Positions 10,284 to 20,565 of a DNA stretch of 64,000 bases are shown piece after piece. Numbering within the stretch: position 1 is the stretch's first letter; every line of letters begins with the position of its first letter. The stretch lies in IMG/VR virus record IMGVR_UViG_2904150443_000004, positions 82,368 to 146,367 of that record; one strand, written 5' to 3'. Source of the DNA: a virus (lineage: Duplodnaviria > Caudoviricetes). The position numbers and the translations under genes are program-made. Below the pieces are notes generated by a model. The model worked only from the letters and a program-made list of their open reading frames with translations, had not been told where the DNA came from and ran no database searches.

Positions 10284-10761
10284 TTGAATAGATAAATGTT
10301 GGAAATATGTGAGTGGAGTATAAGCATAAATCTTTCATTTATCTTTCTTTAATTGTTTGGTTAATTCTGTGAATTGGAGATATAATTACAATAGAGTAAA
10401 AAGCCATTTCACAGGAGGTTGATAGAGTGTATAACAATATGATAGTTACATCGATTTATATTGAAGCACCACCTGTATTAACTGTTTCTACAAACGAACC
10501 AAATAAGAAACAAATCGTACATTTAATAGGACGCATTGCTGATAAAAGAGAAATTGATGGTGAAACAAAATATATAAGCTATGAAGATCTCAAAAATGGA
10601 GATAAGTTATATAAGTTTACAGTTGGTGATAAACAAGTAATGGTAGTAGTGGAAAGACTCCCGATACTTACTTTCGCTAAGAACTCAGATGAGTATACAT
10701 TTGATCCTGTAGAAATTCGTAGTTAGCATCATAATATATTCACAAATAGGAGGATGTTTAT

Positions 10762-11277
10762 ATGAGCCAAAGTCCATTGTATAAAAAGATGATTTCTCTT
10801 ACTCCAGCTTTAAATGGTGTTATTGAAGTTGCTTCTGAAGTAAAGCAAGCTAGAGAGGATTTTAATAGAAGGTATCCCAAGGTGACTGGTCACATCGCAG
10901 AACATCTAGATGAATATATAAAGGATGAAGATATCCGTATTGCTAAGGAAAAATTCATATCTTATATGAACCGACTATCTTACGATGACGTGGTTATTAT
11001 AGATGCAATAATGCTTGTGGGCAGACAAGAGAAAGATCCTGAAGAATATATTCAGGCCAAAGTTGAAACTGAAAAAGAAGGATACGAATGGCTTGAGCCG
11101 GAAGAAGGTGTTTTTGATTCACCTCAGAAAAAGGTATTTGATTATTTAAAGTACATAAAGAGCTTAAATACAACTAAAACGGAAATTATCTTCTCGATGA
11201 TGGAGAAAGCGCCTTTAATCGATTTCTTACAGCGAGGAATGCATATTCTCGATATTCAAGACAAGACCAGAGTTTAA
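10762..11277 (+). CDS. hypothetical protein (possible DUF3775-like)
   Basis: AIMLVGR motif; strong AGGAGG RBS. Confidence 0.5.
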   Translation: MSQSPLYKKMISLTPALNGVIEVASEVKQAREDFNRRYPKVTGHIAEHLDEYIKDEDIRIAKEKFISYMNRLSYDDVVIIDAIMLVGRQEKDPEEYIQAKVETEKEGYEWLEPEEGVFDSPQKKVFDYLKYIKSLNTTKTEIIFSMMEKAPLIDFLQRGMHILDIQDKTRV

Positions 11278-11794
11278 AGGGGTGAATCCAATGAAAATTA
11301 TATGTAAAGGTCAAATAAAAGGTTCGTTTCGGGGCTGGAAAAATAGAGACACGGAATATCAATTTGTAAGCGGCGAGAAGTGGAGGCAAGAAGAATACCA
11401 TTATCATTATCACTATTCTTACTATCCAAATGCGAAGGTAATTCAAACAGCAAGAGGTTTCGAAATGCATGTTGATGGATTGAATTTTGGAATGCTTGTT
11501 AAGAGAGTGTATTGAAATATCGTTTTTATGGGGAGAGGTAAAGGTTGAATTGGATATCTAATTCACCAATACAAGACAGAAATGAGCATGGAAAAGATTT
11601 GAGGGTTGAAATATTTGATGATCGTTCTGAATTCCCTGAAGTTGGAGAGGAATACGTCATTTACTGTGAACGTGGATATTTTGAAATTGAACCTACAAGG
11701 TATATTTGGGGAGAATTTCAAGGGGAAAAGATGTATCTCCTTTTGCATAAAGGTGTATTATGATAAAATTGGCATTTTATAAGGAGAAATATAT

Positions 11795-12070
11795 ATGACT
11801 TACAGCAAACCAAAATGTCACTGTGGTACAGAGCTGGTACACAGTTTGGAGTATATTTATCGTGAGGATAGAAGAATATCGTTAAATGGACAACCACTGA
11901 AAAATAAATGCAACAAACCATTAGAAGATCTTGTTCCATACGATGATCCTCATGAGTATTTACGATGTCCAGAATGCTATTTCCGATATGAAATGGATTA
12001 TGATGAGCAAGGAAGGATCATAACAATCGGAGGTATTAAGCCGCATCCGAATGATACTGGATTAGGATAG
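11795..12070 (+). CDS. small zinc-ribbon protein
   Basis: PKCHCG...CPEC. Confidence 0.65.
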   Translation: MTYSKPKCHCGTELVHSLEYIYREDRRISLNGQPLKNKCNKPLEDLVPYDDPHEYLRCPECYFRYEMDYDEQGRIITIGGIKPHPNDTGLG

Positions 12071-12080
12071 GAGAATACAT

Positions 12081-12326
12081 ATGAACTATAAAATACCTAC
12101 ATGTACATGCGGTAGTGAACTAATGTTAAGAATGCAGCCAGCATTTGAGATTGAGCTTAAACCATTAAAAAACGGAAGATATCCAAATATCAAAAAGAAG
12201 GATATCAATCTTTCTAAGATAATTCCTGATAACTATCCAGAATGGCTTCAGTGTCCAAATTGCGACACCGAATACGAGTTTATTCAAGACGAAAAGGGCA
12301 TGGTAAAAGATATTTGGAAAAGATAA
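12081..12326 (+). CDS. small zinc-ribbon protein, paralog of the upstream gene
   Basis: PTCTCG...CPNC; same layout as 11795..12070. Confidence 0.65.
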   Translation: MNYKIPTCTCGSELMLRMQPAFEIELKPLKNGRYPNIKKKDINLSKIIPDNYPEWLQCPNCDTEYEFIQDEKGMVKDIWKR

Positions 12327-12376
12327 TAAAATGGGGATTTGATGAAGCTCATAGTTCTAAAGGAGAGATCATATTA

Positions 12377-12889
12377 ATGCCAGAGTTCTTTTCGGAATTA
12401 TTTTCAACAGAAAATATAATTAAAATGATAACGACAGGACTTCCCACATTGCTAATTGCTCTACTAGTTCCCTTATATTCTGTAAGGGTTGCCTTAAAGC
12501 AATTTTATAGTCAGAAATGGTGGGAAACAAAAGCTAAAGCATATTTTGAAATCATTGAAAATTTATCTACTTTAGAATATATCTACGGAGAGTATTTTGA
12601 ACATTATGTGATGAACAGTATTAAATTTTCAGACGAAAAAATAAACAGTTTCTATGAGATACAAGTTAAGGCTCTTTCTGAAATAAAAAAGTATTCGGCT
12701 ATGGGTAATTACATTATCTCCAATGAAGTGTCTGAGGTATTGAAAAATCTATTGAGAGAGCTAGATTATAGACACAAAGAAGGTAACTGGTTTGAAGACA
12801 TAGAACATCATCATGGAGCCATTATTGAATGTTTAAAACTGACAAAAGAGAGCGCTAAAAGTGATTTGAATAGAAGAAAGATGAAATAA
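12377..12889 (+). CDS. membrane-anchored hypothetical protein
   Basis: AAGGAG RBS before ATG 12377, N-terminal TM, KWWETK..AY motif; bracketed by motifs 12327 and 12882. Confidence 0.65.
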   Translation: MPEFFSELFSTENIIKMITTGLPTLLIALLVPLYSVRVALKQFYSQKWWETKAKAYFEIIENLSTLEYIYGEYFEHYVMNSIKFSDEKINSFYEIQVKALSEIKKYSAMGNYIISNEVSEVLKNLLRELDYRHKEGNWFEDIEHHHGAIIECLKLTKESAKSDLNRRKMK

Positions 12890-13397
12890 TACTTTTATAA
12901 CCGAAAGGGGACGAGCAAAGTGAATGTTTTTGAGGCATTTAATTTGATGAATGCAGGTCACATAGTAAAGGATGACTATGGTTATTGGTTTAAAAAAGAT
13001 GATAATCAACTAATTGATTCTATAGATGAAGGAAAGACATGGCACCCAACGGAAGAATTTAAGTATGGTTACATTAATCAAAAATGGCATTTAGTTAAAT
13101 GAAGATAAAACAATTCATTTATTTGGAGGTGTTATGAAAAATGGACGGTCTCGAATCATGTAGTTATTGTAAACCGAAAAACGCGAAAACATTGCTTGCA
13201 GGTAAAGCAGCGTATATGTCAGCATGGGTACAAATTTATACTAATGATAGTGATGTAAGATTGGGATTGAGCGCAAAAGGAGAAAGTGATATTGGAAATT
13301 CAGTTGAGATTTTTTACTGTCCAATGTGCGGTAGAAAATTAAGTGGCAAGAACAAAACGAAATGAGTATTTTATTTGAACTGAGGGAGGAATGTGAA

Positions 13398-13757
13398 GTG
13401 AAGCGAGACATGGAACTTATCATTGAAATTTTAAAGGTAGTTGAATCAAAAACAGAACCATTTATTATGAGTATTGAAGGTAAAGATTATGGACTGGTTC
13501 AGTACAATGTAGGCCTCGCGGTTGAACATGGATTGATTGTTGCTTCATCTAAAATTATTGAGTGCGTGCCAACATATCTGATTAGCGGTCTAACTTGGGA
13601 TGGTCATGAGTTCTTAGATTCAGTGAAAAATGAAGGAGTCTTGGAAAAAGCGAAATCATTAGCCAAGGAGAAAGGAAGCAAACTTTATGATCTTCCTTTC
13701 GAAATTTTAAAGGGTGTTTTTGTTAAAGCTGCAACGTTATATTATCTAGGATCATGA
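13398..13757 (+). CDS. DUF2513 family protein
   Basis: KRDMELIIEIL ... LTWDGHEFLD; GGAGG RBS before GTG 13398. Confidence 0.75.
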   Translation: MKRDMELIIEILKVVESKTEPFIMSIEGKDYGLVQYNVGLAVEHGLIVASSKIIECVPTYLISGLTWDGHEFLDSVKNEGVLEKAKSLAKEKGSKLYDLPFEILKGVFVKAATLYYLGS

Positions 13758-13790
13758 AATTAGACCTTTATACAGAATAGGAGATTAGGA

Positions 13791-14291
13791 ATGAATATAG
13801 ACCTTATAAATAAGCTATTAACAATCGCATTCCCTGCTTCTATAGTAACAGCGATTTTAGCAAGTATTTTCAATAAAATAACCAATGATAAAAATCAATC
13901 GTTAAAATATGTAACTGACGAGAGAGCAAAGTGGAGAAATTTTGTAAAAGATAGTGCATCAAAAATTTACTCAAGAGAATATGAAAATGAAAGTAAAAAA
14001 GTGGTCATAACTAAGTTGATATTGAGTCTAAACCCATTAAGTAAACAAGGAGAAATTGACCATACTATAATCTTGCTAATACATAAAATTGAAAAAGGAA
14101 CTTCTAATGAGCATACCTTGGAACAACTACGATTCTGCATTAGTATGTTATTGAAGCATGACTGGGAGAGGTCAAAAAATGAAACAATGTGGGTTCTAAA
14201 AAGAATTGTCAATTATCGAAGAGAAAGAAATGTAATAAAAGAATATAAGAAATGGTACGCAAACGAAGTAGACCAAAGAAAGTTTTCGTAA
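13791..14291 (+). CDS. membrane-anchored hypothetical protein
   Basis: N-terminal TM; VTDERAKWR, LNP and LLKHDWER motifs. Confidence 0.65.
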   Translation: MNIDLINKLLTIAFPASIVTAILASIFNKITNDKNQSLKYVTDERAKWRNFVKDSASKIYSREYENESKKVVITKLILSLNPLSKQGEIDHTIILLIHKIEKGTSNEHTLEQLRFCISMLLKHDWERSKNETMWVLKRIVNYRRERNVIKEYKKWYANEVDQRKFS

Positions 14292-15872
14292 ATCTAAATA
14301 AATGGGAGGAGTATCTGAATATATAATTTGGTGATAAAGTATTGTATCGGGTAAATGAAAATATAGTGGAGGTAAAACATGGATTGTGACCATAGAGAGA
14401 TTATAATAGGCAATACAGAGGGCGCAAAGCTTGGAAGCGGAGTATACGAAGTAGATTTTGTGATTAGTTGTAATGTTTGCGAGAAAGAGTTATTTCGTAT
14501 AAGTGAGTGTAAAAGAATAATTAATAATATTTCAAAACATTGAATAAAACGAATCTTTTATTGGAGGTGGATTATATGTTCATTGAGGTAGCACTGATTG
14601 GTAAACACAAGGATATAATCATTAATATCAACAACATTGTCAAGATTGAAGCTCTTGAAGAAAAGCAGCATGTCGATGGCCTAGATTGGTATGCTACTCG
14701 GATTGATTTGTCTGAATCAGATTTTGTTCTGGTTAGAGAAACACATCGCCAAATTAAAGATAAAATTAAAGCTGCTGGCGGTAAGGTGGATTAACAATAA
14801 CATGTGAGTTTGATCGGGGCAAATGTGGTTTATTGTTGAAATAGTAATATCATAAATTTATCTGGAGGGATGTAGCATGGACAAAAAGACATTCGATATT
14901 ATCAATGGCTATAATAACATTACTAATGAGCTTTATTTCAAACTGGAAAAGATAGTAGGCATGGATAAAGCTGAAGAACTTTTAAGAGAGATTGATGAGC
15001 ACACTTCAAAACTTTTGAAGCTTGGCAAATACACAGATGAGTCAAGTATAGTTGAAGAAGAAGGGTTTTTAAAGAAAGAATACGAGGGCATTCCAATGTA
15101 TACAAAGGTGATAGTACTTTATAGATATGATAGTGGCTATTCTTTGTGTGAAACTACGACAGATTTAACAGTGTTTATTCCAACTGATCTTATATGTCAT
15201 GAGACAGAATAATTAATGTGTACATAACTAATAAGGACGTGAATTAGTATGGGAAAATTCAATGAAATGCTTTCTACAATTGACAAAGAACAAATCGAAT
15301 CTATTCAAAATATCGATTATGATTTATGGAATTATTCTTTACAACAATACCCACAGGCATTATTTGATATGCTATGTTTAGACTCAAGGGAACTAGATGA
15401 GGATGAGCGTAGAGAACGGATAGTTGCATTAGACGCTGCTTACGTCTATCTTCAATCAACTATGGAAGAAATAAGCAAGGAACTTAGAAAAAAATACTCA
15501 ACTGATAGATTGAATTATTAGAAAACGGAAGGAGAACAAGGAGATGCGTGAATTTAGAGATTGTCTAACTTGTGGTAACTCGCTTAGTGCTGATGGAGAA
15601 AATGGTGAACATATCTTATATTGTGTAGTTCATGATAAATTTGTTGATGAAGAAGAAACATGTGAAGATTATGGATAAGCCTATTAATTAAAGAGTATAA
15701 AATATGACTTTTATATAGTTTTATATGTATAGTAATTATTTTTATCAGTTGGGTATTAGAATGAAAACTAAAATCTATCACTGTGACGAACAAGAATTGG
15801 TTAAGATTAAGGGGGAATTCAAGTATCTTGAATCAAAAGATGTAAGAATATATTCATATAGAGGTGTCATAA

Positions 15873-17099
15873 GTGGAAAAGACTGTCCTGAATAATGGAT
15901 TTACTATAATCACAAATAAAGTTTCGACATCTAAACTTGTAGCACTAGAATATGTTGTAAAAGTAGGCTCATTTTACGAAGATGAATATCCTATCGGTAT
16001 TTCTCATTTTTTAGAACATATGATGTTATCTGGCACGAAAAAAAGAAGCAACGAAGATATTAATAATGACATTAAATATTTCGGTGGATATATTAATGGA
16101 GGCACTAGTTTTTATCGCACAAGTTTCGATTGTACAATTATGAAGGAATACTGGAGAGAAGGACTGGAAATTCTTTCTGATGTTGTTTGGAATGCAACTT
16201 TACCTGAAGATCGTATAGATAAAGAAAGAAATGTGATCAAACAAGAAATTGGTCTTCTTTATGATGACGCTATGATTCATTTAAGAGATCACATCTTTAG
16301 TGGTTTATTAAAAGATGGAAAATCGGATAAGTATACTGTAATAGGCACAACAGATTCAATTGGTGCTATCAATAAGCAGAATCTTGATGAATACATGCAT
16401 AAATTTTACACACCAAACCGAACAACTCTTTTTGTTTCTGGAGATGTTGATCATCATGAAATTATTTCATTCTTTAATGATTTTCACATTGAAACTTCAA
16501 ACACTCATATTGAAGATCTAAAGATTGAAGAGTTTAGAAAATTAGATTCAGTAACTCATTCATTTAATAGTAAATTTGACCGAGGGTATTTTTGTTGTTC
16601 GATGTTTGCTCCATCCAAAAAAAGTGAATGTTATTATACTTTTGAGCTTATAATTAACCTACTATCAACAGGTCTTTCTTCGAGACTTTACAGGAAGTTG
16701 AGAGAAGAACTTGGATTATTGTACGGCTTAGGAATGGATCATATTGATCTTAAAGAAAGAGGATTGAGTATATTTACTGCAATAAGCGATCCGGAGAATT
16801 TTTCACAAATAAAGATATCCTTTCTTGAGGAACTGAATAAATTAAAAGAGGAATTGGTTAGTGAACGGGAACTGCAAGAAGTTAAGAATTCAGTAATGTA
16901 TCATCTATATAGAGAATCAGAGACGGTTTCTAACATTAACACAAAGGCTATTGAACACTACTTCCATGGTAATTCAGAGGATGTTAAAACCATTGTCGAT
17001 AAGATTTCAGGTATCACTCCCAATGATATAATGCGTTGTGCAAAAGAGTTTTTTATTGAAAGTAATTATATGTATATTGAAGTGACACCAAATAAATAA
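15873..17099 (+). CDS. M16 family (pitrilysin/insulinase) zinc peptidase
   Basis: GISHFLEHM inverted zinc motif; SSRLYRKLREELGLLY C-domain motif. Confidence 0.9.
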   Translation: MEKTVLNNGFTIITNKVSTSKLVALEYVVKVGSFYEDEYPIGISHFLEHMMLSGTKKRSNEDINNDIKYFGGYINGGTSFYRTSFDCTIMKEYWREGLEILSDVVWNATLPEDRIDKERNVIKQEIGLLYDDAMIHLRDHIFSGLLKDGKSDKYTVIGTTDSIGAINKQNLDEYMHKFYTPNRTTLFVSGDVDHHEIISFFNDFHIETSNTHIEDLKIEEFRKLDSVTHSFNSKFDRGYFCCSMFAPSKKSECYYTFELIINLLSTGLSSRLYRKLREELGLLYGLGMDHIDLKERGLSIFTAISDPENFSQIKISFLEELNKLKEELVSERELQEVKNSVMYHLYRESETVSNINTKAIEHYFHGNSEDVKTIVDKISGITPNDIMRCAKEFFIESNYMYIEVTPNK

Positions 17100-17495
17100 T
17101 TAAGCAAGAGCCAGCTAAAAAATAGAGTAAATGCATCCATACTCTGTTTGCTGATTACTGGCTTTTGTATAGAAATACAAACCAGAGATTTATGAAATGC
17201 GAATTTTATATTGACTACATGTTTGGAGGATAGTAATATGATTTTAGCTTGTTATGGTATGATGGTGGTGCATTTAATACCGCAACAGGGCATTATGAAC
17301 CATTCTTTGTTTTCTTTGGTCGGAAAACAAAGGAAGCCGCCATATAGGATTAGTTCTGAAAGTGGCGGTTTTAATATAGGTATAAATATAAAATATGATA
17401 CAATACATTATTAATTAATGAATATCAAGCAATATAATACACTAAAAATCTCTATTTTTAAATGAAAGTTTAGGATATGAAAAGGAGGAATAGTA

Positions 17496-17918
17496 ATGTC
17501 AAGTTTAACAGGTGCAATTATAATTGCTGCAAAAGCACATCTAGGCCAAGTTGATAAAGGAGGAAATCCATACATACTCCATCCCCTTCGTGTAATGGAT
17601 AAGGTTCAAGGGGAAGAAGCAAAAATAGTTGCAGTTTTACACGATGTTGTTGAAGATACATATGTAACTGCCGAAGATCTTTTAATTATTGGGTTCTCAA
17701 AAGAGATTCTTACTTCAATTGACTGCTTAACAAGAAAAAAAGATGAGTCATATATGGAGTTTATTCGTCGAGCGAAATTAGATCTAATCGCTAGACAGGT
17801 TAAAATTGCAGACATTGAAGACAATATGGACCTATCAAGACTTAAAAAAGTGACTGAGGAAGATATTAAAAGGAATAAAAAATATGAAAAATCATTAAAA
17901 ATATTGACTTTAGATTGA
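17496..17918 (+). CDS. HD-domain small alarmone hydrolase-like protein (Mesh1/SpoT-HD family)
   Basis: AHLGQVDK..PYILHP, LHDVVED, VKIADIEDN. Confidence 0.8.
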   Translation: MSSLTGAIIIAAKAHLGQVDKGGNPYILHPLRVMDKVQGEEAKIVAVLHDVVEDTYVTAEDLLIIGFSKEILTSIDCLTRKKDESYMEFIRRAKLDLIARQVKIADIEDNMDLSRLKKVTEEDIKRNKKYEKSLKILTLD

Positions 17919-18874
17919 TAAAAACTGTATGATGTAGAAAAGGATGAGAGTTAAATATGGAAAAAGTGTTTAAAAACATCAATAAATTTGATCTGTATAA
18001 CTTACAAGGTAAAACTCTGACATTTAAGCTCACCAAAGATGTTATGGAGGATGGTGTTTATGAATGTATGGTTGGAATTGATTTAAGTAATAAGAGTGCA
18101 TACATATTTGATACACGATATCAAAAAAATGAAATGTAATAAAACAGACATTTCAATGGAGGTGATTCGATGAATATGAAATTAGAAACAGAAAAGCGAC
18201 TTAAAGAATTACGTAAAAGGAAACTAGAGTATAAATATCTAGAGAAAAAACTATCTGAAATTAACAAAGAAATTAAGTACTACTCGAATGTATTGGCTCT
18301 ATTAAATAAAGTATCAATACAGGAATTAATGAAAACTATGTAATTCGTCTATGAGATACATGAAGTAAGAATCAATGTTTTATCAGGATAGAAAAGGAGG
18401 GTAGAGTATTCAAAATGGAACGAAAAAAGATTGAGTTTTGGACATATGGGTATGAGAATGGGAGTATTGTTATCTGTTTTGATAAAGGACAGAAATATAT
18501 TGAACTAAGTCCTAAAGATGTTAAGTCAATGGCATCTTGGATTATGATGGAGAATGGCACATACATACCTAACTGGAATGCTGATTTAATCAATTAAGAA
18601 ATAATGAGGTAATTATAAGTGTCAGTATACATAGGTAACGATGAAGACCTAGGAAAGGCTTATACATATTCAAGTTTAGATTGTCGTATCTTACGAATTA
18701 GAGTTCAAAAGGTAAATAAAAAGAAACATCAATGCGAGTTCTGCGGAACTGAAATCAACGAGAATGATGGTTCTGCATATTACTCAGGTATGAACTTAGG
18801 GAAGTTTTATTGTTTTCATTCATGTATGAAGTGTCATAATCAATAATATAAAATAATAAGGAGTAATTCAAGAT

Positions 18875-19387
18875 ATGAGTAAACTTTATGAATTAGCAAG
18901 TAAGTATAGAAAACTTAATGAGTATGTAGAAGCAGCATGGGATAGTGAGGAACTGACTGAAGATGATCTTGAGATGTTTATTGAAACGCTGGATAGCATT
19001 CAAGATTCAATTGAAATCAAAGTAGAAAACACTGTAAAATTCCTGAAGAACATTGAGGGCGACATTAAGGCTTTTAAGGAAGAGGAACAGAGACTCAGTA
19101 AGCGCAGAAAATACCTCGAAAACAAATTCGACGGCCTTAAGGAATACATGCGAGGCACTCTTGAGAATTACGGTATTGAGAAAGTAAAAGCAGGGACATT
19201 TAACGTAGCTCTACAAAAGAATAATCCTTCTGTATTCATTAAAGATGAAAAACTGATTCCTGATAAATATCGTCAACCTCAACCAGATAAGATTCTAAAC
19301 AACGAAATTCTAATAGCTTTAAAGAATAAGGAAATAGTTGAGGGAGCAGATTTCGCACCTGAGAAAAAACATTTGAGAATTCGTTAA
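18875..19387 (+). CDS. siphovirus Gp157 family protein
   Basis: KLYEL start, coiled coil, QKNNPSV, C-terminal LRIR. Confidence 0.8.
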   Translation: MSKLYELASKYRKLNEYVEAAWDSEELTEDDLEMFIETLDSIQDSIEIKVENTVKFLKNIEGDIKAFKEEEQRLSKRRKYLENKFDGLKEYMRGTLENYGIEKVKAGTFNVALQKNNPSVFIKDEKLIPDKYRQPQPDKILNNEILIALKNKEIVEGADFAPEKKHLRIR

Positions 19388-19419
19388 TAAATAAATTAAT
19401 GTAAAATACATATTTAATA

Positions 19420-19449
19420 TTGATACATATCAAACGAATGTGCTACACT
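19420..19449 (+). promoter_or_regulatory. sigmaA-type promoter
   Basis: TTGATA-18-(TGn)TACACT with AT-rich upstream tract. Confidence 0.5.
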
Positions 19450-19998
19450 TGATTCATATACATAGGACAGTGTTGCACATTCGTACATAATGTCGAATAT
19501 GGACTAATACTGCGATTACCTGAGAAATAATTCGGAGGAGAAAATGAAATTATCTGTTACAGCTCAATTATATTATAATGCCTGTTATATGGATGGTGAT
19601 GCTGTTTGTATTCAGCCTCGTTTCACTGAAAAGAGTAGGAAGAACGAGCATGCATTTACAGAAGAGATATTAAATGAACTTCTAGAAACAGGAGATATTA
19701 GGGTTACATACAAAGATTCGAAATACGCTAATATTTGCGGAAGAAATAAAAAATAGAGGTGTGCATATGATAGTTGAAACTAAACTAAGTGACGACTTTG
19801 AAGTTGATTTTATTCGAGAAACTAACAATAGAAATAGTGAATGTATGGTTATTGGCACAGAAGCAAATCTAATTTACATACACATGACTGAAGAACGCTT
19901 CAAGAGTTTCATACAAACAGCAAATAATGCGCTAATTGAATATCAGAAGCAGCATACTAAGAGGATATAAAACTTAAATTTCATTAGGGGGTAATGAT

Positions 19999-20565
19999 AT
20001 GAATACTTCGTTAGAATACCGCCTTATGTGCATGAAAGCTACAGAAATACAGGATTTATGGGAACCTCAAGTTGGAGACTATTTAGTATCTAAGGCAAGT
20101 TATTGCTACAATGGAATTTGTGAACCAGCGTCACCTTGTAATGAATGCCTTGAAATGTCAAACGTATATGTCGTCTCTGGCAAATATGACTTTCATGAAT
20201 CAATAGGGGGAACTCATTGGTATTATGGTGGTCATTCATGTGGGCGAGGCCACGGCTCACTTATAAATTCAACAGGGTGCTATGTTATGAATAGATCTGG
20301 ACATAACTCATCTCAGGAACTTGATTATGAGATTTCAGCAGTTTCAGAGCATTTATGGCTGCCTAGACTAGATCAAATCCAAGAAATGTTATTTAAGGGT
20401 TCCAATTGTTATGAAAAGACAATGTACTTTGTGAGATGGATAGATACAAATAAATACTATATGAGTGACGAATCACCTGAAGAATTATGGTTAAAATATC
20501 TTATGGAAAAACAATACAATAAGAAGTGGAGAAATGAAGGTAAGCACAAATTTTGGGAGGAGTGA
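19999..20565 (+). CDS. hypothetical phage protein
   Basis: Cys cluster; WLPRLDQ motif. Confidence 0.6.
   Translation: MNTSLEYRLMCMKATEIQDLWEPQVGDYLVSKASYCYNGICEPASPCNECLEMSNVYVVSGKYDFHESIGGTHWYYGGHSCGRGHGSLINSTGCYVMNRSGHNSSQELDYEISAVSEHLWLPRLDQIQEMLFKGSNCYEKTMYFVRWIDTNKYYMSDESPEELWLKYLMEKQYNKKWRNEGKHKFWEE

Noticed and set aside
12242-12376. N-terminal extension of ORF 12242..12889
   Set aside because: Overlaps the upstream gene and a junction motif; the RBS supports ATG 12377
17100-17420. Possible ncRNA or riboswitch in the hairpin-rich intergenic region
   Set aside because: Hairpins are explainable as terminators around a short, probably frameshifted ORF remnant; no recognisable RNA family
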